Made by a program: the position numbers and the translations under genes
Notes under the pieces: generated by a model
Database searches by the model: none
Seen by the model: the letters and a program-made list of their open reading frames with translations, nothing else
Told to the model about the DNA's origin: nothing
Source: Planctomycetaceae bacterium
Lineage (GTDB): Bacteria > Planctomycetota > Planctomycetia > Pirellulales > Pirellulaceae
Reading direction: 5' to 3'
DNA: 64,000 nt
Assembly (NCBI GenBank): GCA_003233175.1
Contig: QIKY01000054.1
Span: 296 to 64,295, forward strand
Part shown: positions 1 through 8,682 of the stretch, piece by piece
Layout of the letters: each line of letters starts with the position of its first letter
Position numbering within the stretch: the stretch's first letter is position 1

Positions 1-2
1 GC

Positions 3-320
3 GCCGATTCCATTGTTCGGATCGCCTGCCATGAACTGGAAAGCTTTTTTCTTGGCGACTTGGAAGCTGTTGAGCGCGGTCTTGAAGTCAAAAATGCATC
101 TAATCTTCAAGGCAAGAGAAAATACCGCGATCCCGACAATTGCTCGAATGCGGCCCAAGAGTTGGAAAAACTGTCCAACAAGACTTATCAAAAAATCGCC
201 GGTTCCCGCGCCATCGCTCCTTTCCTTAACCTGGACGGCGACAATCGTTCCCGTAGTTTCAATGTCTTGATTGAAGGAATTAAAAAGTTGGTTCGACGTA
301 TCAACGAAACCCAAGTTTGA
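3..320 (+). CDS. 3' end of an unidentified protein-coding gene (5' end outside window)
   Basis: Frame 3 is open from the window edge to TGA at 318-320 (ADSIVRIACHELESFF...KKLVRRINETQV*). No recognisable motif. GC is lower than in neighbouring genes. Confidence 0.35.
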   Translation, partial: ADSIVRIACHELESFFLGDLEAVERGLEVKNASNLQGKRKYRDPDNCSNAAQELEKLSNKTYQKIAGSRAIAPFLNLDGDNRSRSFNVLIEGIKKLVRRINETQV

Positions 321-352
321 CGCGACAAAAGTAACCGCCAGCGGGGAGATGT

Positions 353-373
353 CCGGGAGCCTCAGCCTCCCGG
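353..373. terminator. GC hairpin between convergent genes
   Basis: ccgggag-cctcagc-ctcccgg, a 7-bp stem lying between the stop at 320 and the stop of the minus-strand gene at 448. Confidence 0.3.
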
Positions 374-447
374 TACAGGTGCGTTCTTCGCGGGCGATTC
401 CGTCTGGCATGCTGGCATGAAGCCGCGAACGATTGGCAGACCGCCGT

Positions 448-1638
448 TCACTCGCTTGGCAATCGCCAGCGCACGATTTCCACATGGGTTTTGTCGTCGT
501 GGCCACGATAGGAATAAGAGGTCACGAGCGTTCCATCGGCCAGTTGCACGGTTGGACCAAAACCGCCGCCTTGGTAGCGGGCGCCTGTTTTGGAATCGAG
601 TAAAATTCGATCGTGCTGGAAATCGAAATGAATGTCGTCGTTCTGCTCCTCCCCCAGAATGGCTTGCACGCCCAGCGGCGGATTCCTCTTGCGCACGGTG
701 AGCGTGAGCAGAAGTTTCGGTCGTTGGAGTCGCAACAACGACATATACATTTCTCCGTAATCGCCTAAATCTCGCCGGCGGCGGAATGTTTTTCCACGGT
801 CGCTGGAGTGATAGAGTATGAAGTGGTCGTCCTGGTCATCCTTGCCGCTGGTGGGCTGGTTCAAAATGGGAAGCTCGTTGCTGTCGACCCGCACCAAGGC
901 CAGAATGCCGCCGGCGCGTGTGGTCCAGAGCCACGTTTCACCGCCGAAAAAACCATAGCGGCTTTTGAAATCCAACGGTTGGCAGGTTTGGCTGCGGTCC
1001 CAGGTTTTGCCGCGGTCGGTCGAACGCCACATAAAATAAGGACCGCCGCCGCCATCGTAATCGACGCCCAACAGCAGTGAACCATCTTCCATTTCCAGCA
1101 CGTTGCGGGTGGTGTGGTTGCTGGCGCCGGGTTTGATTTTTTCGGAGGGGATGCGCAGCGATGTCCAGGTTTTGCCGGCATCGGTCGAGCGGTGCAAATA
1201 ACCGTGCGTGTAGCCTTGCTGGTTGCGAATGTCTTGCGGCAGCAGATGGCCGGTGAGGAAGACCACGCCATCTTTCAGGGCGGTCAGATAAGGTTCGCGG
1301 CCCAGAAGATTCAGTTTTTCAGGTCCGGCCCACGTCTTGCCGCCATCGGCGGAGCGCCACAACAGGTTTTGCTCCATGATCTTGCCGCCCGGTTTTTTGT
1401 GTTGATGAAAGGCTGTTACGAGAAGTTCGCCGGAAGGCAAAAGTGCGATACACGGTTTGTAGTCGTCTGGTTCGCCGAGGGGAATTCGCTCGGCGGCCAG
1501 CGAAGCGCCCTTCAGTTTCAGCGGGTTTTTAATCGTGATTTGAGGCTCGGCAAAAGCGTTCGCACTGCACGCAAACACAACCAACCCGGCAAGAAAACCT
1601 CGTACGACAAAATTTCGATAGTCTATTCGCATGTACAT
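448..1638 (-). CDS. Secreted BNR/Asp-box repeat protein (sialidase-fold glycoside hydrolase-like)
   Basis: Four SxDxGxTW/F Asp-box motifs (RSADGGKTW, RSTDAGKTW, RSTDRGKTW, SSDRGKTF). The N-terminus has a signal peptide (LAGLVVFACSANAFAEP). Confidence 0.8.
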   Translation of the reverse strand: MYMRIDYRNFVVRGFLAGLVVFACSANAFAEPQITIKNPLKLKGASLAAERIPLGEPDDYKPCIALLPSGELLVTAFHQHKKPGGKIMEQNLLWRSADGGKTWAGPEKLNLLGREPYLTALKDGVVFLTGHLLPQDIRNQQGYTHGYLHRSTDAGKTWTSLRIPSEKIKPGASNHTTRNVLEMEDGSLLLGVDYDGGGGPYFMWRSTDRGKTWDRSQTCQPLDFKSRYGFFGGETWLWTTRAGGILALVRVDSNELPILNQPTSGKDDQDDHFILYHSSDRGKTFRRRRDLGDYGEMYMSLLRLQRPKLLLTLTVRKRNPPLGVQAILGEEQNDDIHFDFQHDRILLDSKTGARYQGGGFGPTVQLADGTLVTSYSYRGHDDKTHVEIVRWRLPSE

Positions 1639-1750
1639 CTGGAAGCCCTCTCGGTGAAAGCGATTAAATTGACGTTCGGAGTGACCGACTGCCGTCTGGT
1701 GCGGTGAACCCTCTCGCCCCTCTGATGAGTGGTTGTGGACTAGCGAAAAG

Positions 1751-2290
1751 TTACACCAGGGGTTGAACTGCTACCTTCGTTCGAAATGCCAGTTTAACTC
1801 GGTACTCCTTTTGGACAGTCTTATTAATTTTCTTCTTTTTGGATTCTCGTTTGCCGCTCTTGTACGCCCGTAATTCCGTGTGCCCATAGTTGTCGTCTAG
1901 CGGGTCGTGTTCAGCGGTAAAACTGTAGTAAATCCCGCCGTCCGAGATTAGTTCAGACGGCACGTCACTTACAATAACAAACGCCACGCCCCACAGGATC
2001 CAATCCTTTGATGACTTTGATTTATCTGGCAGGAGAACATCCGTGGGAGAACTAAATTTCTCACGATTTACAGATTGGTCGGGAAACCGGATGCTGGCAT
2101 GCTTGATGCGACCCGAAGTGTCGATCGAACTACGCAGGCATCGAAAATAGAGCTTCTCCGTGTTTTCAAGGTCCGGCACAACGGGGCGGCCATTTCGATA
2201 CATTCGCGCTGGGCGAACACGTCCTCCCCAAAGCAGCCACCGATGAAAAAAGTAGACACATCGGCGGCGTAAATGTGCAAAAGGGGGCAT
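1751..2290 (-). CDS. Hypothetical protein (third gene of low-GC cassette)
   Basis: 179-aa ORF. Its ATG lies 10 nt after the stop of the upstream gene. Lys-rich C-terminal tail (KSGKRESKKKKINK). No recognisable motif. An alternative start at MYRNGRPV is possible. Confidence 0.5.
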   Translation of the reverse strand: MPPFAHLRRRCVYFFHRWLLWGGRVRPARMYRNGRPVVPDLENTEKLYFRCLRSSIDTSGRIKHASIRFPDQSVNREKFSSPTDVLLPDKSKSSKDWILWGVAFVIVSDVPSELISDGGIYYSFTAEHDPLDDNYGHTELRAYKSGKRESKKKKINKTVQKEYRVKLAFRTKVAVQPLV

Positions 2291-2300
2291 AACGTCTCTA

Positions 2301-2828
2301 TCAACGATTAACGAAATTGCGTATCTTACTCAAGGCGGCAGGCAGGTCGCGCACAAGGTTATTTATTTCCCATGCCTCCGTCTCATCGCCACCAGCAGAA
2401 ATCACCGCTAAGACCTCTCCAGAGTTAAAGCACTCGATGTCGCCGTAGCGATTATCGCGTTGAAACGAAATACAAATACCGCCTTCGACAGAGGCATCAA
2501 TGCTTGGAGAGGCGAAGTCTTCTTTTGCCAACACTGTCAAGATGTTTTGCGATGTTTGGATGGCAATTTTACTTGGCGCATCAGCACCGTAACTATCCCA
2601 ATCATTGTGGAGCAGCGACAACTGAGATAATTTCCTGTGCGCTCCGCTCAACCATTCAGGGCGTTCCTCAATGAATGTGACGGGGGTTGCCTGGCTATCG
2701 CTGTGTTCTTCACGCCGATTGAATAGGCTCGGAAACTGCCTGACTACTTCACCAGCACCGTGTGAACCATTTGAAGCTGCAATGTTCGGTACATGGACGC
2801 CGCCAGAAAATACATCTGCACTAGCCAT
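2301..2828 (-). CDS. Hypothetical protein (second gene of low-GC cassette)
   Basis: I chose the ATG at 2828 (MASADVF...), which lies 2 nt after the TAA of the upstream gene; the ORF track extends to 2900. The C-terminal half contains LLHNDWDSYGADAPS...EGGICISF. No family assigned. Confidence 0.55.
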   Translation of the reverse strand: MASADVFSGGVHVPNIAASNGSHGAGEVVRQFPSLFNRREEHSDSQATPVTFIEERPEWLSGAHRKLSQLSLLHNDWDSYGADAPSKIAIQTSQNILTVLAKEDFASPSIDASVEGGICISFQRDNRYGDIECFNSGEVLAVISAGGDETEAWEINNLVRDLPAALSKIRNFVNR

Positions 2829-2830
2829 GG

Positions 2831-3700
2831 TTACACGCTCCTTTGCCACTCTGAGTGCATTCGCTCCGCGGTAAAGTCTGTAAATCCTCGAACGACCCAT
2901 TCTCGCCCCAGGTCAAGCCAGGAAAATATGGAGTCCATCTCGCTGCCTTCGGGCTTGCCGCGCGCCGTAAGATTGAGTTGAATAATCTCGATTCCATCAT
3001 CGTTACGAAATGCTGGTCTCACGGAAATGTGAAGCCGACCCTTGTTGTCTGGCATTCGGTAAGAAACATCGAAAACGACGTTTTCAGGCGAGGGCAAAAA
3101 CTCGCCGTTTGATTTTCCGGCCCAACATGGAAGCACGTTTCCAATTTCAGATATGGCGTTCCATCCTTTGCCGACTTCCAAGTGATTGACGTACGTTACC
3201 TCGCACTGAACAACATTTACATCACCAAGCTGTTGCTGTTTAACGAAGTCCACAAATTGCGTCCACATGTTTTGAAACGTCTGACGAATGCTTTCGTCGT
3301 AATGTGGATACGCATCCTTGCCTGCCGTCTTCCGCCAATTGTAGGAAAACCGGTTGTTCTGGACTTGGATAAGTTCGCAATCATCTTCGTCGATAAACCA
3401 ACAGCGAAGATCCGGCGGCGCCGAGCTAAGTTGTATTTGAGATTCTGCCGAAACCTGCGGCCTATCGAATTGTTCGATATGCGAAATAACAGGGTGCTTT
3501 ACCTCGAAATTTGGAAATTGCTCCCTCACCTGGTCCCAAAAAACTCCAAAATGAGGGATGCCCCATTTATCCAAACGTTCAAACCCAATCCCAAGAACCG
3601 TTTCAACAACAGGAGGAGCCTCGAATTTTGGGATGGGGGGTTCGTCCGACTTTGCCATTTTTTTCGCGTTCTCCCTAAGCCAGCTTCTTAGGCTGATCAT
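2831..3700 (-). CDS. TIGR04255-like uncharacterised protein (first gene of low-GC cassette)
   Basis: 289 aa (or 275 aa from the ATG at 3658, MAKSDEPP). The N-terminal PPVVETVLGIGFERL segment and overall length resemble the TIGR04255 family as I recall it. This needs an HMM check. Confidence 0.55.
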   Translation of the reverse strand: MISLRSWLRENAKKMAKSDEPPIPKFEAPPVVETVLGIGFERLDKWGIPHFGVFWDQVREQFPNFEVKHPVISHIEQFDRPQVSAESQIQLSSAPPDLRCWFIDEDDCELIQVQNNRFSYNWRKTAGKDAYPHYDESIRQTFQNMWTQFVDFVKQQQLGDVNVVQCEVTYVNHLEVGKGWNAISEIGNVLPCWAGKSNGEFLPSPENVVFDVSYRMPDNKGRLHISVRPAFRNDDGIEIIQLNLTARGKPEGSEMDSIFSWLDLGREWVVRGFTDFTAERMHSEWQRSV

Positions 3701-3957
3701 ACTTGCCTCAATAACCAGTTGTCAATTGATTTGGGACCCAGAACCGCAGAACCACTGACCTTTCAATCATCGGCAGAAATGGAGAGTTCGCCGCGCCGAT
3801 AATTGCCACTACCAACCGGCCTGTGCAGTAGTTATCCTCAAAGGTGCAGCCGCGTTGCGTGCTGTTTTCGCCCGTGGTGCTCTTTTTTGGGCGAATGTTT
3901 GCAATGGCCCGCCTCCCTCCTTCCATTTTGTTAGGTGATTTCCCCGTGAGTGTTTTG

Positions 3958-5052
3958 ATGAACTTTCAGTGGATAACGCCGCGCTCGGCGACGACCTTTC
4001 TGTTCGCGTTCGTATTGGGTTCGTTCAGCGCGGTTTCCTCTCCGACGATGGCCGACGAACATCCTGAACTGTTGGCCGTGCCGAATTCAGAGGCGGCCAA
4101 TGAAGCCGAAATGAAACCCTACACGGAACTGATTGAACACACGTCTGAAAAAATTCAGATGCTGCCGATTCACGGCGGGTCGTTCCTGATGGGCAGCCCG
4201 CCTACGGAAGCCGGGCGTGAAGAATCCGAAGGGCCGCAGCATGAAGTCAAGATTTCTCCCTTCTGGATCGGCAAGTATGAAATCACGTGGGATCAATTCG
4301 ACGTCTGGATGGAAGACCTGGACATCGCCCGGCGGCAAGTTTTCGGCCGCAAGAAAAACATTCGCGATCAACTGGCCGACGAATATCAGTTGAGCCAACC
4401 GACCGAACCGTATTGCGATATGTCGTTCGGCATGGGCAAGCGAACGGCGCCGGCTATCTGCATGACCCAGTTGGCGGCCCGCACATATTGCAATTGGCTC
4501 AGTGCGAAAACGGGTCGGTATTACCGTTTGCCGACGGAAGCCGAATGGGAATACGCATGCCGGGCGGGAACCCAAACGGCCTACTCCTTTGGCGACGACC
4601 CCGCCCAACTAGGCGACTACGCCTGGTATTACGACAACAGCGACGAAACGTACCATAAAGTCGGACTCAAAAAACCCAACCCCTGGGGCCTCTACGATAT
4701 GCACGGCAACGTGGCCGAATGGGTGCTCGACCAATACACGTCCGATTTTTACGGTAAGTCGTCGGCCAACAATCTGTTCGCGATTCCGCAAACGCTCTAC
4801 CCTCGCGTGGTGCGCGGCGGCTCCTGGGACGACGACGCCCCGCTGCTCCGCAGCGCCGCTCGCGTGGGCTCCCATGAAGACTGGAAAGAACAAGATCCTC
4901 AAATCCCCAAGAGCATTTGGTACCACACCGACGCCCTGGGCGTGGGGTTTCGAATCGTTCGCCCGTTGGCGACGCCTTCGGCAAAAGAAAAAGCGGCCCT
5001 CTGGGATAAGTCGGCCCCCGTGCAAGATAGGCACGAACCGGAGGCGGAGTAG
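3958..5052 (+). CDS. SUMF1/FGE-sulfatase-fold domain protein, secreted
   Basis: Motifs [59 protein letters not shown] and RVVRGGSW. I chose the start at [10 protein letters not shown] because it gives a signal peptide; the ORF track starts at 3844. Confidence 0.8.
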   Translation: MNFQWITPRSATTFLFAFVLGSFSAVSSPTMADEHPELLAVPNSEAANEAEMKPYTELIEHTSEKIQMLPIHGGSFLMGSPPTEAGREESEGPQHEVKISPFWIGKYEITWDQFDVWMEDLDIARRQVFGRKKNIRDQLADEYQLSQPTEPYCDMSFGMGKRTAPAICMTQLAARTYCNWLSAKTGRYYRLPTEAEWEYACRAGTQTAYSFGDDPAQLGDYAWYYDNSDETYHKVGLKKPNPWGLYDMHGNVAEWVLDQYTSDFYGKSSANNLFAIPQTLYPRVVRGGSWDDDAPLLRSAARVGSHEDWKEQDPQIPKSIWYHTDALGVGFRIVRPLATPSAKEKAALWDKSAPVQDRHEPEAE

Positions 5053-5190
5053 GCAAAATGGTTTGTCCCGGTCGGACGTCGTGTTTTCGACATCTGGCAT
5101 GCGTCTGGAGAGGATCGTACACTTTACGTCGAGCGACTACTATTCTTGGGATATTCTTAGGACGCTCCCATCCCGTTCGAGGAGCCGACG

Positions 5191-7461
5191 TTGACGTCTT
5201 GGTTGCAAATTGCCGCGACACGACTCGTAGCTTGGCGTTGGGCCTTGCTTGCGGTGGCGGCGCTTTTATCGATTGCCGCCTGGCCCGCTTCGCGGCGCGT
5301 GGAGTTCGATCGCTCGATCGAGAATATGTTTCCGGCGGAAGCTCCCATCTTGGCGCCCTATGCACGCCTCAAACGCGTGTTTGGCGGCAATGAAGTTGTA
5401 CTGGCCGTTTACGAAGACGCGCATTTGCTCGACCCATCTGCGGAGGGCATCCGCCGGGTGGCCGAGGTGAGCAAACGCTTGCAGGCGATTCCCGGCGTTC
5501 AAGGCGTGCTGAGTTTGGATCGGCCCCTGGGCGAATTGATCGTCGACCCGAAGAGCAAAGTGGCGGCGGCGCTGCGCAATATTTTCTCGGGTTACACGCA
5601 CAGCCGCGATGGCCGCGTGGTTTCAGTCGCCTGCATGTTGGACGATGAAAAATCGGCGTCTGTTCCGCGGCGAGAAACGATTGATCGCTTGCGCGCGGCC
5701 ATGGCGCCGCTGCCGCACGGCATGATCGCCGGCGAGCCGGTGATGGTGGTCGATGGCTTTCGTTATGTGGAGGAAGACGGCCGACGTTTGGGCGTTTGGT
5801 CGACCATCCTCTTGGCGGCAACCATCGTGTTGCTGTTTCGCAGCCTGCGTTGGGTCTTGATTCCGATTGCCGTGGTGCAAATGACCCTGCTCCTGACACG
5901 CGCGGCGTTGGTTTGGTCGGGGCTAAGGTTGAGCATGGTCAGCTCCATGTTGACGGCTATCGTGACGGTCGTGGGCGTGGCCACGGTGGTGCATATTATC
6001 GTTCGGTTTCGCGAGTCTCGCGAGAAAGGCGATTCGGCGCCGGAGGCGATTGTCAGGTGCGGCGTGTTGCTCGCGGCGCCGATTATGTGGGCCTGTTCGA
6101 CAGACGCCATCGGCTTTTTGTCATTAAAACAGGCCCGCGTGGGACCGGTGCAAGATTTCGGCGTGATGATGGCCATCGGCTCGCTGTTGGTGTTATTGGC
6201 CACGCCGCTGTTGATTCCGGGGCTTGCTCTGTGGGGCAAACGCGATCTCGATCCTCGCCGCGTTTGGGGCGAATCTTTTTTAGACCGCCAACTCCGCGCT
6301 TCGGCGCGTTGGGTGGAACACTTTCCCGGCCGCGTGGTGATGATCTCCTTGGCGCCCGCCGTGTTGTTGGCCTCTGGCGCGTGGCGGCTCGATGTGGAAA
6401 CCGACTTCACCAAGAACTTCCGCGCCGGCAGCCCGATCGTGAAGTCGTACGACTTTATCGAAACCCATTTGGGCGGCGCCGGCGTTTGGGATATTGTGCT
6501 GCCGGCCGAAGAGAAAATCACTTGGAGATACCTCCAGAAAGTGAACATACTCGAACAGCGGCTGCGCGAGGAGGTCGTCGTGCAAGACGGTCAAGGCAAT
6601 CAGCGGCCCGGTCTGACCAAAGTGCTTAGTCTGGCTGATGGCGTCATCGCCGGCGCGCCGCTCGATTTGGCCAGCGTACCGTCTTCGACGATCCGCGATG
6701 GAATGATTTCCGCCGGCTTGGCCGGTATGCGGAGCCGCATGCCGGTGTTCATGCACGCGTTGTACTCCGAAGACCCCGCACAGCCGGGCCGATATTACTT
6801 TCGCATCATGCTGCGTTCGCGGGAGCGGCAATCGTCGGCCGCCAAACGCGCCGTTATCGAGCAGGTGCAAAAAATCAGCCGCGAGGAATTTCCCCAAGCG
6901 GAGGTGACCGGATTTTTTGTTCTCCTGACGCACCTCATCGACAGCATGATCCAAGACCAATGGCGCACGTTCGGCATCGCCACGCTAGGCATTTTCCTGA
7001 TGATGTTCGTGGCCATGCGAAGCCCTGTATTGGCGCTGCTTTCGTTGATTCCCAACGCGCTGCCGATTATTGTCGTGATGGGGCTGATGGGCTGGCTGCA
7101 TCTCAAAATCAACATGGGGGCCGCCATGATTGCGGCGGTCTCGATGGGCCTTGCCGTTGATAGCTCCGTACATTACGTGGCCGCCTTTCGACGCGCCCGC
7201 GCACAAGGACTGCGCACCGCCGAGGCGATTGGCGTCGTCCAACAAAGCGTTGGCCGGGCGATGATCTTTTCCACGCTGGCGTTGATCGTCGGCTTCAGCG
7301 TGCTATGCACGAGCAACTTCGTGCCCACGATTTACTTCGGCGTTTTGGTCAGTCTTTCCATGCTGGGCGGACTGGCCGGAAACCTCATGTTGCTGCCGGC
7401 CTTGCTGCGATTAACGGTCCGCGACCGCCCCGCTCCCAGCGAACCTCCCGCCGCATCGTGA
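5191..7461 (+). CDS. MMPL/RND-superfamily membrane transporter
   Basis: 756 aa with two repeated halves, each a large extracytoplasmic loop followed by a block of about 5-6 TM helices. TTG start at 5191. Confidence 0.7.
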   Translation: MTSWLQIAATRLVAWRWALLAVAALLSIAAWPASRRVEFDRSIENMFPAEAPILAPYARLKRVFGGNEVVLAVYEDAHLLDPSAEGIRRVAEVSKRLQAIPGVQGVLSLDRPLGELIVDPKSKVAAALRNIFSGYTHSRDGRVVSVACMLDDEKSASVPRRETIDRLRAAMAPLPHGMIAGEPVMVVDGFRYVEEDGRRLGVWSTILLAATIVLLFRSLRWVLIPIAVVQMTLLLTRAALVWSGLRLSMVSSMLTAIVTVVGVATVVHIIVRFRESREKGDSAPEAIVRCGVLLAAPIMWACSTDAIGFLSLKQARVGPVQDFGVMMAIGSLLVLLATPLLIPGLALWGKRDLDPRRVWGESFLDRQLRASARWVEHFPGRVVMISLAPAVLLASGAWRLDVETDFTKNFRAGSPIVKSYDFIETHLGGAGVWDIVLPAEEKITWRYLQKVNILEQRLREEVVVQDGQGNQRPGLTKVLSLADGVIAGAPLDLASVPSSTIRDGMISAGLAGMRSRMPVFMHALYSEDPAQPGRYYFRIMLRSRERQSSAAKRAVIEQVQKISREEFPQAEVTGFFVLLTHLIDSMIQDQWRTFGIATLGIFLMMFVAMRSPVLALLSLIPNALPIIVVMGLMGWLHLKINMGAAMIAAVSMGLAVDSSVHYVAAFRRARAQGLRTAEAIGVVQQSVGRAMIFSTLALIVGFSVLCTSNFVPTIYFGVLVSLSMLGGLAGNLMLLPALLRLTVRDRPAPSEPPAAS

Positions 7462-7505
7462 ACGGGTTGATGAAATTGCTTTTCCGAGCAAGCCGCCCCT
7501 ATTTC

Positions 7506-7590
7506 CCTTAGAGCTCCTAACATAACCCCTGTTTGGCGTTTCAAACACGGAGTGTGATACTGACCTACCAAGTTGTGTTAGAAGGTATTA
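7506..7590 (+). repeat. 85-nt structured repeat, copy 1 (second copy at 34293-34377)
   Basis: 80 of 85 positions are identical to 34293-34377, in the same orientation. It lies 45 nt after the stop at 7461. An outer 13-bp stem (CTCCTAACATAAC / GTTGTGTTAGAAG) encloses an inner hairpin (CCTGTTTG...CAAACACGG). Confidence 0.8.
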
Positions 7591-7658
7591 ACACCTGTCC
7601 AGGTGCTAACTTGAGAATTCAGAACCGACACCGCCCGCCGATCCGGTGGAACGCCTTG

Positions 7659-7871
7659 TTATGTCGGTTTTCGCGCATCGACTATTTTCAGCAAATGGCT
7701 TGCAAGGATGACCATTTCCGCAGCCTCTGACGCGTCGGTAATTGTAACATTTCTGTGGCTGTGTGGATTCTTGTAGGACCCCAAGGCGCCGGCAACAAGA
7801 TCCGATAATGCTTGGCGTTCGCCGCGCTCAGTGTCCCACTTCGTTTCTTGTCTGCGAACGACCAGAATCAT
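7659..7871 (-). pseudogene. C-terminal fragment of a TIGR02391/HEPN (Abi-like 'ymh') family protein
   Basis: Only about 55 aa (ALSDLVAGALGSYKNPHSHRNVTITDASEAAEMVILASHLLKIVD) match the C-terminal HEPN-type block. The roughly 150-aa N-terminal part of the family is missing. Confidence 0.5.
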
Positions 7872-8082
7872 CGGGCGACGAGAGAGTCTCGGATTTCATA
7901 TCGTCTGGCTTCGCGGATCCGGTGTAACGGATAGTTCGTTGCTTGAGCTTCGCGATCGGGTGGCCCGATGTTTTCGTCCGTTCGGCGGCATCCCGCAAGT
8001 ACGCGCCAAGATCGTTGCCGTATTCGGCCATGATCTGGGTGCGGGTGGTATAGAGTTCCTCCAATATCGGATTAGTTGTCAT
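7828..8082 (-). CDS. Small protein overlapping the 3' end of the PIN gene (putative cognate antitoxin-like partner)
   Basis: MTTNPILEELYTTRTQIMAEYGNDLGAYLRDAAERTK... The ATG at 8082 overlaps the PIN stop (8072-8074) by 11 nt. Confidence 0.5.
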   Translation of the reverse strand: MTTNPILEELYTTRTQIMAEYGNDLGAYLRDAAERTKTSGHPIAKLKQRTIRYTGSAKPDDMKSETLSSPDDSGRSQTRNEVGH

Positions 8083-8560
8083 CGTCTGAACCTCCAAGGA
8101 ACTCAGCCGGAGTATAGATCAATAGTCCGGGTAGTCCCAATTCATCCAACAGTCGATAAAGGCGAGGCAGGACGGCGGCATTCGCGATGTGCCTACAGTT
8201 CTGCGTCAAGAGAAATTGTACGCCTCCCAGCGCTGCGACGGCAACGTGAGACGCGTCAAGCTTCGCGGTTTTAGGAATAAGTGAACGTGCGACAATTTCG
8301 TCGGCAACGGTTTCGACGTCTGGGTTAGGATCGAGAATGGGGATGTCTGCGAGCATTGCCAAACGTCTTTGTGCGGCGTCTGAGTCACCACGAGCGGCTT
8401 CGTCAAGTACAAGCCGTGAAGTGACGACGTAGAATTTCGGTCGTTGTTCATTCATCCAGCGTTTCGCTTGATTCTGCAGAACGGCCGTCGCCGAATCATT
8501 GCTTGGCCGAGCAGTAGCATGGCTGACGATAGATGTTTCGATGTAAACAGTGTCCATCAC
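8072..8560 (-). CDS. PIN-domain protein (VapC-like toxin candidate)
   Basis: 162 aa. N-terminal VYIETSI, central VVTSRLVLDEA, and C-terminal DASHVAVAALGGVQFLLTQNCRHIAN, giving the acidic-residue spacing typical of PIN domains. Confidence 0.65.
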   Translation of the reverse strand: MMDTVYIETSIVSHATARPSNDSATAVLQNQAKRWMNEQRPKFYVVTSRLVLDEAARGDSDAAQRRLAMLADIPILDPNPDVETVADEIVARSLIPKTAKLDASHVAVAALGGVQFLLTQNCRHIANAAVLPRLYRLLDELGLPGLLIYTPAEFLGGSDDDN

Positions 8561-8682
8561 AGTATTCTACTGCAACAAACGATTGAGGCCACCGAGCATG
8601 CGAGTAAGCAACGGCCGGAAAATTGCTATCCGTGAGAAGTATAATCTCCCTTGGCAAGGGAAATCGTTTTCCCCCGGCCGCC

